Source: Lachnospiraceae bacterium (lineage in GTDB: Bacteria; Bacillota; Clostridia; Lachnospirales; Lachnospiraceae). Taken from it: a stretch of DNA of 64,000 bases. The notes below the pieces were generated by a model that did not search any database, had not been told where the DNA came from, and worked only from the letters and a program-made list of their open reading frames with translations. A program made the position numbers and the translations under genes. This document shows positions 36,491 to 46,264 of the stretch, one piece after another. Each line of letters begins with the position of its first letter. Position 1 is the stretch's first letter. The stretch covers positions 23,639-87,638 of the forward strand of contig JAILRC010000085.1 of assembly GCA_024698485.1 (NCBI GenBank), in the 5' to 3' direction.

Positions 36491-37518
36491 TGATCAGTTT
36501 TAAAGTGGGAAAAAACGAAAGCGGACAGCGGTTTGATAAGCTCCTGATGAAACTTCTCAAAGAGGCGCCCTCATCTTTCGTTTACAAGATGCTCAGAAAA
36601 AAGAATATCACTCTGAACGGCAAAAAGTCGGAAGGGAACGAGAAGGTCACGGAAGGGGATGAGATCGCCTTCTTCCTGTCTCAGGAAACCTTTGACAAAT
36701 TTGCCGGAAAGATCTTGGAAAATGCTTATGAAACGGGCAGAGAGAACAGGGAAAAGACCGTTCCTTCTCTTAAACCTTCAGAGATCGTTTACGAAGACCG
36801 GGATCTTATCATTGTCAACAAGCCTGCGGGAGAACTTTCCCAGAAAGCAAAGGAAGATGATGTGTCCGTGAACGAAAGGATAGTGAGATATCTTTCGGAC
36901 AAGGGCATAGGAAAGGGCGAAGCCTTTACTCCCGGAGTCTGTAACCGCATAGACCGTAACACATCGGGCCTTGTTTTGGCGGGAAAGAGCCTTGTGGGCC
37001 TTCAGGAAGCCGCAAGACTCCTTAAAAGTCACGATCTCAAGAAATACTATCTCTGCCTTGCCGCAGGAAATGTAAAGACCCGGGGACGTGTCACATCCTG
37101 GATACAAAAGGATGAAAAGAGCAACAGGGTGGATGTTTCGGAAAAAGCGAAAGAAGGATATGAAAAGATCGAAGCGGAGATCTTTCCTTTGCTTACGGGA
37201 CAGGAATCCAGCCTTCTGGCAGTGAGGCTCATCACGGGAAAGACTCATCAGATCAGGGCACAGCTTGCGTCCTTCGGGCATCCTCTGGTGGGGGACACCA
37301 AATACGGATACAAGGGTAACGATGCCAAATACCAGATGCTCCATGCTTTTATGCTGGTCTTCCCCAAAAACTCGGGAGAACTTAAAGAGGCTGCGGGAAA
37401 GTGCATCACTTGCGAGCCGCCGGAAAAGTTCAAGAGCATTGCCGCAAAGAAGTTTAAGGAAGAGGAATTTGTAAATGCCGTCATGGAGTTCAAGAGGACT
37501 CAGGGGCTCCAACCTTGA
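36490..37518 (+). CDS. rluD: RluA-family pseudouridine synthase (RluD-like) with S4 domain
   Basis: N-terminal S4-like region. Motifs IIVNKPAGELS, CNRIDRNTSGLVLAGK and GKTHQIRAQLASFGHPLVGDTKYG. Confidence 0.85.
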   Translation: MISFKVGKNESGQRFDKLLMKLLKEAPSSFVYKMLRKKNITLNGKKSEGNEKVTEGDEIAFFLSQETFDKFAGKILENAYETGRENREKTVPSLKPSEIVYEDRDLIIVNKPAGELSQKAKEDDVSVNERIVRYLSDKGIGKGEAFTPGVCNRIDRNTSGLVLAGKSLVGLQEAARLLKSHDLKKYYLCLAAGNVKTRGRVTSWIQKDEKSNRVDVSEKAKEGYEKIEAEIFPLLTGQESSLLAVRLITGKTHQIRAQLASFGHPLVGDTKYGYKGNDAKYQMLHAFMLVFPKNSGELKEAAGKCITCEPPEKFKSIAAKKFKEEEFVNAVMEFKRTQGLQP

Positions 37519-38008
37519 GGAACTTGTAAATCTTACAAACGATAAATACAGGGAAAATAAACTGGCGCTCATACAAAAGGTGCCCACACCCATCACTCCC
37601 GTGGAGATCGATCAGAGCACGAGACACATCACTCTTGCCTATTTCGATCAAAAGAGTACCGTGGATTACATAGGCGCTGTGCAGGGCATACCGGTCTGTT
37701 TCGATGCCAAGGAATGCAAGCTGGACACTTTTGCCCTGAACAACATCCATGAGCACCAGATGCAGTTCATGGAAGACTTTGAACATCAGGAAGGCATTGC
37801 CTTCTTTTTGATAAACTATACACACAGGAACATCTATTATTATATGCGCTTCAGGGAGATCAAAGGATTCTGGGAGCGCATGGAGCAGGGAGGAAGAAAG
37901 AGCATACGCTTTGACGAACTGGATGGGAAATGGTTCTTCAAAGAAAAAGCGGGGCTTTTTGTTCCCTACCTTCCCATGATCCGACAGGATCTGGAGGAAA
38001 GGTCTTGA
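37475..38008 (+). CDS. recU: Holliday junction resolvase RecU
   Basis: SRGLRGSNLEELVNLTNDKY, VQGIPVCFDAKEC and NIHEHQMQFMEDFEHQEGIAFFLI are collinear with B. subtilis RecU. It overlaps the rluD-like 3' end by 44 nt. Confidence 0.85.
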   Translation: MPSWSSRGLRGSNLEELVNLTNDKYRENKLALIQKVPTPITPVEIDQSTRHITLAYFDQKSTVDYIGAVQGIPVCFDAKECKLDTFALNNIHEHQMQFMEDFEHQEGIAFFLINYTHRNIYYYMRFREIKGFWERMEQGGRKSIRFDELDGKWFFKEKAGLFVPYLPMIRQDLEERS

Positions 38009-38033
38009 CAAGCGGGGTTTGATAAGGTAAAAT
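38005..38033 (+). promoter_or_regulatory. strong sigma-A-type promoter for the his operon: TTGACA, 17-nt spacer, TAAAAT
   Basis: TTGACA at 38005-38010 overlaps the recU stop codon. The spacer is exactly 17 nt. TAAAAT is at 38028-38033. Confidence 0.6.
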
Positions 38034-38049
38034 CACTAATCATTTTCAA

Positions 38050-38075
38050 CTGCTAATCTGGTAGCAGATTAGCAG
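38050..38075. promoter_or_regulatory. perfect 11-bp inverted repeat CTGCTAATCTG-gtag-CAGATTAGCAG in the his leader (about +10 to +35); candidate operator or 5' hairpin
   Basis: I read this directly. No U tract follows, so it is not a canonical terminator. It sits between the predicted promoter and the hisZ SD. Confidence 0.4.
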
Positions 38076-38120
38076 AGTAAAGTGAGAAAGCAGATCTTAT
38101 CATTAAGAAAGGAGAAGGCC

Positions 38121-39365
38121 ATGAAAGAGAAGTTGTTGCATACACCGGAAGGCGTTAGGGACATCTATGGCGAGGAGTACATTACAAAAGGGCGCGCTGA
38201 ACGCGCGGTGAAGGAGTGCATGCGACATTACGGCTTTCTTCAGATAAAGACACCTGCTTTTGAGTACTTCGACATCTTTAATTCGGAAAGAGGCTCCGTA
38301 GACAGGAAAGATATGTTCAAATTCATAGACAGGGATGGCGAGACTCTTGTTCTTCGCCCCGATGTCACACCTCAGGTGGCCAGATGCGTTGCCAAGTATT
38401 TCAGGGACGAGAAACTTCCCATCAGATTGTTCTACCACGGAAATACTTTTGTGAACAACGACGGCTATCAGGGAAAACTGAAGGAGATCACCCAGATAGG
38501 CGCGGAACTTGTGAATGAACCCGGAGTGGATGCGGATGCGGAGATGATCGCTCTTATGATCGACAGCCTTGACAGCATGGGGCTCAAGGATTTCCAGATA
38601 GAAGTGGGAAATGCGGATTTCTTCAGAGGACTTTGCGATGATGCGGGGTTTGACGAAGATGAGACCAACGAACTCAGGATGCTGATCGAAGCCAAGAATC
38701 TCTTCGGAGTGGAGGAACTCCTTTCGGGAAAGAACATCGATGAGAACATAAAGGAGCTTTTTACGAGGCTTCCTCTTCAGTTCGGAACCATTGAATTTGT
38801 CAGGGACATCAGAAAAAAGACAAAGAATCCCAGAGCCGTTGCGGCTCTTGAGAGGCTTGAAAAACTGTATGAAAAACTGAGCTTCTACGGAAAAGAGGGC
38901 TATGTCTCCTTTGATCTTGGAATGCTCACATTATATGACTATTACACGGGGGTTGTATTTAAAGCATACACTCACAAGGTGGGTGAAGCCATTGCTGCCG
39001 GCGGAAGATATGACAAGCTGCTGTCGCAGTTCGGGAAACCTGCTCCGGCCATAGGCATCGCCATTTACACGGACTACGCTCTTACAGCCATGGCAAGGCA
39101 GAATGTAACTCCCGTTGTAACCCACGATCTGACTCTCATCCTTTACGATGAAAAGTACGAAGTGAAGGCAGTGAAGATCGCCAACGGCTTCAGAAAGGAC
39201 GGCCTCAAGGCTGTTCTGTTAAAAAAGGATGCAAAGGTTTCAGGGGAAGAATACGAGAGATATGCCGAAAGCATCATGGCAGGCGGCATATTGTTCGTAG
39301 ATTCCGATGAGATGATCCGCATTTTGGACATGGAGTCCAAAAAGATCAGCGAGAAAAGATTATAG
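38121..39365 (+). CDS. hisZ: ATP phosphoribosyltransferase regulatory subunit
   Basis: HisRS-like paralogue (LLHTPEGVRDIYGEEY..., LRPDVTPQVAR) lying immediately upstream of a short-form hisG. ATG 38121 follows AAAGGAGAAGG. Confidence 0.85.
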   Translation: MKEKLLHTPEGVRDIYGEEYITKGRAERAVKECMRHYGFLQIKTPAFEYFDIFNSERGSVDRKDMFKFIDRDGETLVLRPDVTPQVARCVAKYFRDEKLPIRLFYHGNTFVNNDGYQGKLKEITQIGAELVNEPGVDADAEMIALMIDSLDSMGLKDFQIEVGNADFFRGLCDDAGFDEDETNELRMLIEAKNLFGVEELLSGKNIDENIKELFTRLPLQFGTIEFVRDIRKKTKNPRAVAALERLEKLYEKLSFYGKEGYVSFDLGMLTLYDYYTGVVFKAYTHKVGEAIAAGGRYDKLLSQFGKPAPAIGIAIYTDYALTAMARQNVTPVVTHDLTLILYDEKYEVKAVKIANGFRKDGLKAVLLKKDAKVSGEEYERYAESIMAGGILFVDSDEMIRILDMESKKISEKRL

Positions 39366-39380
39366 GAACGGGGTGAACAT

Positions 39381-40019
39381 ATGGAATATATCACATTCGC
39401 CCTTCCGAAGGGCAGACTGGCATTACAGACCCTTGGGTTTCTTGAAAAGATCGGCATCACCTGCGAGGAGATGAAGGACAAGGATTCAAGAAAACTCATA
39501 TTTACGAATGAAGACCTTAAAATAAAGTTTTTCCTGGCAAAGGCTACGGATGTTCCTACCTACGTGGAGTACGGTGCGGCAGACATAGGAGTCGTGGGAA
39601 AGGACACCATCCTTGAAGAAGACAGGGACCTGTACGAAGTTCTGGACCTGAAAGTGGGAAAATGCCGCATGTGTGTTGCGGGACCCGCTTCAGCAAAGCC
39701 ACTCCTGAACTCGGGGCAGATCATCCGTGTTGCCACCAAGTATCCCAGGATCGCCAAGGATTATTTTCAGAACAGGAAACATCAGACGGTTGAGATCATC
39801 AAACTCAACGGATCCATCGAACTTGCTCCCATCGTGGGACTTTCGGAAGTTATAGTTGATATTGTGGAGACCGGGACAACACTTAGGGAAAACGGACTGG
39901 AAGTGCTTGAAGAGATCCTTCCTCTTTCCGCAAGAATGGTGGTAAATCAGGTTTCCATGAAGATGGAACATGAGCGTATTACCGACATTATCGACAGATT
40001 GAGAAAGGAACTGCAATGA
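39381..40019 (+). CDS. hisG: ATP phosphoribosyltransferase (short form)
   Basis: [27 protein letters not shown] and [11 protein letters not shown] motifs. The 212-aa length fits the HisZ-dependent short form. Confidence 0.92.
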   Translation: MEYITFALPKGRLALQTLGFLEKIGITCEEMKDKDSRKLIFTNEDLKIKFFLAKATDVPTYVEYGAADIGVVGKDTILEEDRDLYEVLDLKVGKCRMCVAGPASAKPLLNSGQIIRVATKYPRIAKDYFQNRKHQTVEIIKLNGSIELAPIVGLSEVIVDIVETGTTLRENGLEVLEEILPLSARMVVNQVSMKMEHERITDIIDRLRKELQ

Positions 40020-41317
40020 GAAAGATCAGACTTACCGATGAAAACAAAAAAGACCTGCAGGCCAGGCTCTTAAAGCGTAATCCCAACCAGTACAAAGAAC
40101 AGACGGATAAGGTGCTGGAGATCCTTGATAACGTAAAAAACAACGGAGACAAGGCGCTCTTTGAGTATACAAAGCTTTTTGACAAGGCAGATCTGAACGC
40201 GGAAAACGTCAGAGTGACCGAAGAAGAGATAAAAGAAGCTTATGGGAAACTTCCCGCAGAAGTTCTTGAGGTCATCAGAAAAGCTGCCCGGAACATCAGG
40301 GATTATCACGCAAAGCAGAAACAGTACAGCTGGTTTGACTCTGAAGAGACCGGCATCATCCTGGGACAGAAGGTCAGTGCCATCGAAGCCGTGGGAGTCT
40401 ATGTTCCCGGCGGAAAAGCAGCCTATCCTTCTTCTGTTCTCATGAACGTCATCCCCGCTAAGGTTGCGGGAGTTAAAAGAATATGCATGGTAACTCCTCC
40501 CGGAGCTGACGGCAAGGTTTACGAAGGAACCCTTGTGGCAGCCAAAGAAGCGGGAGTCACCGAGATCTATAAAGTGGGCGGAGCACAGGCCATCGGAGCA
40601 ATGGCTTACGGAACGGAGACCATTAAAAAAGTGGACAAGATCGTGGGACCGGGTAACATCTTCGTAGCCCTTGCCAAGAAGGCGGTTTATGGTTCCGTAG
40701 CCATCGATTCCATCGCAGGGCCTTCCGAAGTCATGGTCCTTGCGGATGAAACGGCCAATCCCACCTACGTTGCGGCAGATCTGCTCTCGCAGGCGGAACA
40801 TGACGAACTGGCCAGCGCCATTCTGGTTACGGATTCCGAGGAACTGGCAGACAAAGTGGCAGCCGAGATAGAGCGTTTTTCCGCTCAGCTTTCCAGAAAA
40901 GCCATTTTGGAAAAGTCCCTTGAAAATTACGGATATATCCTTGTGGCGGACAATATGGGAGATGCGGTGGACGCAGTAAACGAGATCGCCAGCGAACATC
41001 TGGAGATCCTTACAAAAGATCCCTTCATGACCATGACAAAGATCAGAAATGCGGGAGCCATCTTCCTTGGAGAATTCTCAAGCGAGCCTTTGGGGGATTA
41101 CTTCGCGGGACCCAACCACGTGCTCCCCACCAACGGAACGGCCAAGTTCTTCTCACCTTTGTCCGTTGACGATTTCATCAAGAAGAGCAGCATCATCATG
41201 TATTCACGGGAGGCATTGGAGCCCGTAAGCAACGATATCATTACCTTTGCCAAGGCAGAGGGACTCACCGCACATGCAAATTCGATCGCTGTGCGCTTCG
41301 GGAAAGAGGTAAGATAA
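40016..41317 (+). CDS. hisD: histidinol dehydrogenase
   Basis: [50 protein letters not shown] and the SEHLEI motif. ATGA overlap with hisG. Confidence 0.93.
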   Translation: MRKIRLTDENKKDLQARLLKRNPNQYKEQTDKVLEILDNVKNNGDKALFEYTKLFDKADLNAENVRVTEEEIKEAYGKLPAEVLEVIRKAARNIRDYHAKQKQYSWFDSEETGIILGQKVSAIEAVGVYVPGGKAAYPSSVLMNVIPAKVAGVKRICMVTPPGADGKVYEGTLVAAKEAGVTEIYKVGGAQAIGAMAYGTETIKKVDKIVGPGNIFVALAKKAVYGSVAIDSIAGPSEVMVLADETANPTYVAADLLSQAEHDELASAILVTDSEELADKVAAEIERFSAQLSRKAILEKSLENYGYILVADNMGDAVDAVNEIASEHLEILTKDPFMTMTKIRNAGAIFLGEFSSEPLGDYFAGPNHVLPTNGTAKFFSPLSVDDFIKKSSIIMYSREALEPVSNDIITFAKAEGLTAHANSIAVRFGKEVR

Positions 41318-41901
41318 TGAGAACAGGCAACGTGAAACGTGTTACGAACGAAACGGATATAGAGGTGGAGATCAACCTTGACGGAAACGGAGATTCTACC
41401 GTCTCAACGGGCATAGGAGCCTTTGACCATATGCTGGCTGCCTTTGCGAAGCACGGATTCTTCGACCTCAATGTCAAATGTAAAGGCGATCTTTTCATAG
41501 ATTGTCATCACACCATCGAGGATTGCGGTATTGCCTTGGGCGAAGCCATTGATAAGGCCCTGGGGAACAAGGAAGGCATCAACCGTTACGGCTGTTTCAC
41601 TCTTCCCATGGACGAGACACTGGTGCTTTCCGCCATCGATCTTTGCGGAAGACCCTATCTCAACTTTGATGTGAATTTTACCGTTCCTTCCGTGGGAGAT
41701 TTTGACACGGAAATGGCGAAAGAGTTTTTCTATGCCGTTTCCTATTCCTCAAAAATGAACCTTCACATCAAGGAACTGGCGGGTGAGAACAATCACCACA
41801 AACTGGAAGCATGTTTCAAAGCCTTTGCAAAGGCTTTATGCATAGCTGTCACAAAGAATGACAGGATCAACGGTGTTTTATCCACAAAAGGCACACTATA
41901 A
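41317..41901 (+). CDS. hisB: imidazoleglycerol-phosphate dehydratase
   Basis: RVTNETDIEVEINLDG, GIGAFDHML, DCHHTIEDCGIALG, NNHHKLEACFKAFAKAL. Confidence 0.93.
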   Translation: MRTGNVKRVTNETDIEVEINLDGNGDSTVSTGIGAFDHMLAAFAKHGFFDLNVKCKGDLFIDCHHTIEDCGIALGEAIDKALGNKEGINRYGCFTLPMDETLVLSAIDLCGRPYLNFDVNFTVPSVGDFDTEMAKEFFYAVSYSSKMNLHIKELAGENNHHKLEACFKAFAKALCIAVTKNDRINGVLSTKGTL

Positions 41902-41925
41902 AGACATACTACGATCGAGGGCAAC

Positions 41926-42642
41926 ATGAGACTTTATCCGGCAATTGACATAAAAGACGGACAGTGCGTCCGTTTGAAACAAGGTGTATACGAAGACAAG
42001 ACGGTTTATGACAACGAGCCGTGGAAAGTGGCAAAAGAATTTGAAGCGGCAGGAGCAAAGTTCATTCATCTTGTGGATCTTGACGGTGCAAGAGAAGGTC
42101 GTTCCGTAAATGACGAGGCTGTCAGAAAGATCATCGAGAATGTGAACATTCCCGTGGAGATCGGCGGAGGCATACGCACCACAGAGGACATCAGCAGGAA
42201 ACTGAAACTGGGAGTAAAGAGAGTCATCATCGGTACGGAAGCCGTCAGAAGGCCTGAATTTGTCAAGGAATCCGTTCTTGAGTTCGGTCCCGATAAAGTG
42301 GTGGTGGGCATAGATGCCAAAAACGGCAAAGTGGCCGTGTCCGGCTGGGAAGAGATCAGCAGGATCCATGCGGTGGATCTGGCCCTTCTCATGAAGGATA
42401 TGGGTGTCAGGACCATCATCTACACCGATATATCAAGGGACGGTATGCTTTCCGGACCCAACGTGGAGCAGACAAGAAAGATCGCCATGGAAACAGGTCT
42501 CGAAGTAGTGGCTTCCGGCGGAGTTTCCTCCGCTACGGATCTCAGAAAACTGGCAGACGCGGGCATAGAAGGAGCCATCTTCGGGAAAGCCATCTATGAA
42601 CACAGGATCGATCTGGCAGAGGTAACGAAGGAGTTTGAATAA
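41926..42642 (+). CDS. hisA: ProFAR isomerase
   Basis: [66 protein letters not shown]: a canonical HisA with intact phosphate-binding motifs. Confidence 0.9.
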   Translation: MRLYPAIDIKDGQCVRLKQGVYEDKTVYDNEPWKVAKEFEAAGAKFIHLVDLDGAREGRSVNDEAVRKIIENVNIPVEIGGGIRTTEDISRKLKLGVKRVIIGTEAVRRPEFVKESVLEFGPDKVVVGIDAKNGKVAVSGWEEISRIHAVDLALLMKDMGVRTIIYTDISRDGMLSGPNVEQTRKIAMETGLEVVASGGVSSATDLRKLADAGIEGAIFGKAIYEHRIDLAEVTKEFE

Positions 42643-43919
42643 TGGACAAAAAGATCATTGCATCCATTGATGCCGAAAACGAAGCAAGAGAAAACATACT
42701 GGATATGGTGGCGGATTACGACGATTCCGGCGTGGACATGCTCTATATCTACAATTACTCCAAATCCGAAAAAAACAGGGAGGATTTCATATCCACCCTT
42801 CGTATGGTGAGGGACAGGACAGACCTTCCTTTTATGGCGGGAGTCTATGTGGACAGACTTGAGGATGTGAAGAAAGCCTATTATTCCGGCGCCTGCAAAG
42901 TTGTCATCGATATGGAAAAGATCTCGGATCCGGAACTTCTTTCCCAGGCAGTGACCAAGATCGGCAAAGAAAATGTCTGGGCCTGCGTGAATTTCGGTTG
43001 TGATTACAAAGAGGAGACCATCCATGAGATCGGTCAGACCTGCCTCAAATACATTGCCGCAGGGATCTACGGCATTATGGCAAAGCATATTCAGATCACA
43101 CCCAAGATCCTTAAGTATCTGAATGAAAATTATTGCCCCGTCATCATCAGAGACGCTCTTGAGAGAAATTCCATCACATCCCTCATGGAACTTCCCAACG
43201 TTGAGGCCATTGCCACTTCCTTCTATGCGGGAAAGAATGTTTTCGGCGTTAAGAAATCACTCAAGGAACAGGGTTACCCTGTTTATATGACCGAATCTAC
43301 GGTGGATTTCAAAGACCTTAAAAAGAACGATCAGGGACTTGTTCCTGTCATCGTTCAGGACTACAAGACCAATCAGGTGCTGATGCTGGCCTATATGAAC
43401 GAGGAAGCCTATCAGAGGACTGTGGAGACCGGCAGGATGACCTATTGGTCCAGAAGCAGGAACGAACTGTGGATAAAGGGAGACACTTCCGGACATTACC
43501 AGTTTGTTAAGAGCATTTCCGTGGACTGCGATTCCGACACTCTGCTGGCGAAGGTAAAGCAGATAGGAGCCGCATGTCACACAGGAAATTACTCCTGTTT
43601 CTATACGGATATATTCAAGAGAGATTTTGAGAGCGAAGACATTTCCGAAGTCTTCGACAAGGTCATGGGTGTCATTCTTGACAGAAAAGCAAATCCCAAG
43701 GAAGGCAGCTACACCAATTATCTCTTTGACAAGGGACTGGACAAGATTCTTAAAAAATGTGGTGAGGAAGCGACAGAGATCGTTATAGCCGCAAAGAATC
43801 CCGATCATGAGGAATTGAGATACGAGATCGCGGATTTCATGTACCATGTCATGGTGCTCATGGCGGAAACAGGCCTTTCCTGGACGGATATTGCAAGAGA
43901 ATTGGCCTCCAGAGAGTGA
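42642..43919 (+). CDS. hisIE: fusion protein: degenerate HisF/HisA-like (beta/alpha)8 domain (~aa 1-225) + phosphoribosyl-AMP cyclohydrolase (HisI) + phosphoribosyl-ATP pyrophosphatase (HisE)
   Basis: The C-terminal half has HisI motifs ([61 protein letters not shown]) and HisE motifs ([37 protein letters not shown]). The N-terminal half is collinear with HisF but lacks the GGG/SGG phosphate-binding loops; see findings. Confidence 0.8.
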   Translation: MDKKIIASIDAENEARENILDMVADYDDSGVDMLYIYNYSKSEKNREDFISTLRMVRDRTDLPFMAGVYVDRLEDVKKAYYSGACKVVIDMEKISDPELLSQAVTKIGKENVWACVNFGCDYKEETIHEIGQTCLKYIAAGIYGIMAKHIQITPKILKYLNENYCPVIIRDALERNSITSLMELPNVEAIATSFYAGKNVFGVKKSLKEQGYPVYMTESTVDFKDLKKNDQGLVPVIVQDYKTNQVLMLAYMNEEAYQRTVETGRMTYWSRSRNELWIKGDTSGHYQFVKSISVDCDSDTLLAKVKQIGAACHTGNYSCFYTDIFKRDFESEDISEVFDKVMGVILDRKANPKEGSYTNYLFDKGLDKILKKCGEEATEIVIAAKNPDHEELRYEIADFMYHVMVLMAETGLSWTDIARELASRE

Positions 43920-44030
43920 AGAGTAACATTTATTTAAAAAAAATTTAATGGCAATATCTGCGTATTTGATGTATAATTCCCTGTGATGTGGCCGAAAGGC
44001 CTTAATTTCAGTTTCGAAAGGATGACGGAT

Positions 44031-44174
44031 ATGGGTTGGGATTTTGCAAATCATTTGTTCAATTCGGTAATTCAATATGTCATTACAGGTGCTTTTTGTG
44101 TACTTTGCGCCATCGGCGGAATATGCTTACGGGAAAGAAAGAACAAAAAGCAGCTTAAAGAAGCAGACAAATAA
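44031..44174 (+). CDS. possible small membrane protein (47 aa)
   Basis: MGWDFANHLFNSVIQYVITGAFCVLCAIGGICLRERKNKKQLKEADK has one clear TM helix and a basic tail. AAAGGA lies 9 nt upstream of the ATG. It sits directly upstream of the asp23-family gene. There is no further support. Confidence 0.35.
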   Translation: MGWDFANHLFNSVIQYVITGAFCVLCAIGGICLRERKNKKQLKEADK

Positions 44175-44195
44175 TCTACAGGGGGATATACTGTT

Positions 44196-44573
44196 ATGCC
44201 TATGGAAAGTTTAAATATTTCAAATGACACGGATTTCGTTTCGGAGGTCAAGATCTCCAATGATGTGATCGCAACTGTGGCAGCACTTGCCGCAACAGAG
44301 GTTGAGGGTGTGGATTCTCTTTCGGGAAACGCTACCAACGATTCTGTTAAAAGATACGGCATCAAGAACGGCTCCAAAGGAGTCGAGATCAATTTCAACG
44401 ACGAGGGAAGATCCGTTAATTGCAGGCTGGGAGTCACAATGAAGTTTGGTTATTCCATTCCCGAAACCTGCGCACTTGTTCAGGACAAGGTTAAGAGTGC
44501 TATCGAATCCATGATCGGTCTCGATGTTACGGACATTTCCATCAACATCGGAGACGTTAACGTTAATCGTTAA
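44196..44573 (+). CDS. Asp23/Gls24-family envelope stress (alkaline shock) protein
   Basis: ISNDVIATVAALAATEVEGVDSL is the typical Asp23 N-terminus. The 125-aa length fits. It lies upstream of nusB, as in many Clostridia. Confidence 0.85.
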   Translation: MPMESLNISNDTDFVSEVKISNDVIATVAALAATEVEGVDSLSGNATNDSVKRYGIKNGSKGVEINFNDEGRSVNCRLGVTMKFGYSIPETCALVQDKVKSAIESMIGLDVTDISINIGDVNVNR

Positions 44574-44616
44574 TTGAATTTTGCACCTTGGAAATTATAT
44601 ATGAAAGGTAAATGAT

Positions 44617-45030
44617 ATGACTAAACACGATGAAAGAGTGAAACTTTTCCAGTTGATCTTCAACTGCAGTTTCTATGAAAACGATGAGATCCCCGAGCAG
44701 ATGGATCTTTTCAGAAGGTTACAGATGGCTTCCGAGCAGGAGGCTTTCAGGACAGTTGAAGAGAAAGCAAAAAAGATCCTTGAAAAACTGGGAGAGATCG
44801 ATGTGATCCTGGCTCAGGCATCCACAGGATGGCCTTTGGGAAGACTGGGAAAGGCGGAACTTTCCATCATGAGAGTTGCGGCATATGAGATCCTCTATGA
44901 CGATGAGGTTCCCGCAGGAGTTGCAATTAATGAGGCTGTCGAGATCAGTAAGGTTTTCGGTAATGATTCGGCACCCAGTTTTGTAAATGCGGTTCTGGCA
45001 AAGCTTGTCAAAGAGCCTGCAAAACAGTGA
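44617..45030 (+). CDS. nusB: transcription antitermination factor NusB
   Basis: ELSIMRVAAYEILYDDEVPAGVAINEAVEISKVFGNDSAPSFVNAVL is the conserved NusB core. Confidence 0.9.
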   Translation: MTKHDERVKLFQLIFNCSFYENDEIPEQMDLFRRLQMASEQEAFRTVEEKAKKILEKLGEIDVILAQASTGWPLGRLGKAELSIMRVAAYEILYDDEVPAGVAINEAVEISKVFGNDSAPSFVNAVLAKLVKEPAKQ

Positions 45031-45031
45031 G

Positions 45032-46264
45032 ATGCAGCAGATATATTCGGTATCAGACATTTCTTCATACATAAAACGCAAGTTCGACACGGATGTGCTT
45101 CTGAACAACATTTATGTTAAGGGGGAAGTCTCCAATTGCAAATATCATTCATCCGGACATATATATTTTACATTGAAAGATAACAGATCTCAAATTTCAT
45201 GTGTAATGTTTGCCGGTCGCAGGGCCGGCATTTCTTTTAGGCTGGCGGACGGACAGAGCGTCATAGTTTTCGGGCGCATCACCGTTTACGAGCAGGGCGG
45301 AAGTTATCAGATCTATGCGGATGAAATCAGGCTTGACGGAGTCGGGCGTCTTTATGAAGAGTTCGAAGAACTCAAAAAGAGGCTTGGCGCGGAAGGCCTT
45401 TTTGACGTTTCAAAGAAAAAACCTATACCCGGGTACGTTTCTAAGGTAGGCATTGTTACCGCAAGGACAGGAGCAGCCATTCAGGACATATGCCAGATAG
45501 CGAAGAGAAGGAATCCTTACGTGTCTCTGGTGCTTTATCCTGCACAGGTGCAGGGCGAAGGAGCCTCGGACACCATTGTGAGAGGCATTAAGTACCTGGA
45601 CGGAAGAGTCGATGTGATCATAGTGGGACGCGGCGGAGGATCCATTGAAGACCTTTGGGCTTTTAATGAAGAGAAGACCGCAAGGGCAGTGTTTGAATGC
45701 AAGACGCCCATAATTTCCGCTGTGGGGCACGAGACCGACACCACCATCACCGACTATGTCGCGGATCTGAGAGCACCCACGCCTTCTGCTGGAGCGGAAC
45801 TGGCGGTATATGACTACGGGCGGTTCATGAAAGACCTGGCGGTGCTTCACGAGAGACTCTATGATTCCATGGCGGACAGGATCGAAGCTGTGCGTCAGGG
45901 GATCAAAAACCGTGAAGCACTTTTAAGAAAAAACAGTCCCGGACACAAACTGGAGCTTAAGAAACAATGGATAGAAAATGCCGGTTCCGTTCTGAAACGG
46001 AGCATGGAGAATGTGCTTAACAACAAGAAAAACGAGCTTAAGAGGGCGGCGGTGAGGCTTGAAGGAGTAAATCCCGTCAGAAAACTGGAAAGCGGATTTT
46101 CTTATGTTACGGATGAAAAGGGAAAAAATGTCAACAGGATCGCAGCGGTAAAAGCCGGAGACAGGCTCATCATGCATGTTACCGACGGCGAGATTCTTAC
46201 GACGGTCAATGAGGTTAAGGAAGGCTATGGCGGAAAAAAAGCAAACCAACGATCTGAATCTTGA
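45032..46264 (+). CDS. xseA: exodeoxyribonuclease VII large subunit
   Basis: VSDISSYIKRKFD...VKGEVSNCKYHSSGHIYFTLKD (OB fold), GIVTARTGAAIQDI, RGGGSIEDLWAFNEE, VGHETDTTITDYVADLRAPTPSAGAE. Confidence 0.92.
   Translation: MQQIYSVSDISSYIKRKFDTDVLLNNIYVKGEVSNCKYHSSGHIYFTLKDNRSQISCVMFAGRRAGISFRLADGQSVIVFGRITVYEQGGSYQIYADEIRLDGVGRLYEEFEELKKRLGAEGLFDVSKKKPIPGYVSKVGIVTARTGAAIQDICQIAKRRNPYVSLVLYPAQVQGEGASDTIVRGIKYLDGRVDVIIVGRGGGSIEDLWAFNEEKTARAVFECKTPIISAVGHETDTTITDYVADLRAPTPSAGAELAVYDYGRFMKDLAVLHERLYDSMADRIEAVRQGIKNREALLRKNSPGHKLELKKQWIENAGSVLKRSMENVLNNKKNELKRAAVRLEGVNPVRKLESGFSYVTDEKGKNVNRIAAVKAGDRLIMHVTDGEILTTVNEVKEGYGGKKANQRSES

Noticed and set aside
38009-38120. A T-box riboswitch or His-codon attenuator leader upstream of hisZ.
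   Set aside because: The leader is only ~80-110 nt. It has no specifier-loop/T-box sequence layout, no terminator with a U tract and no run of His codons. Only a single dyad is present, reported separately as a candidate operator.
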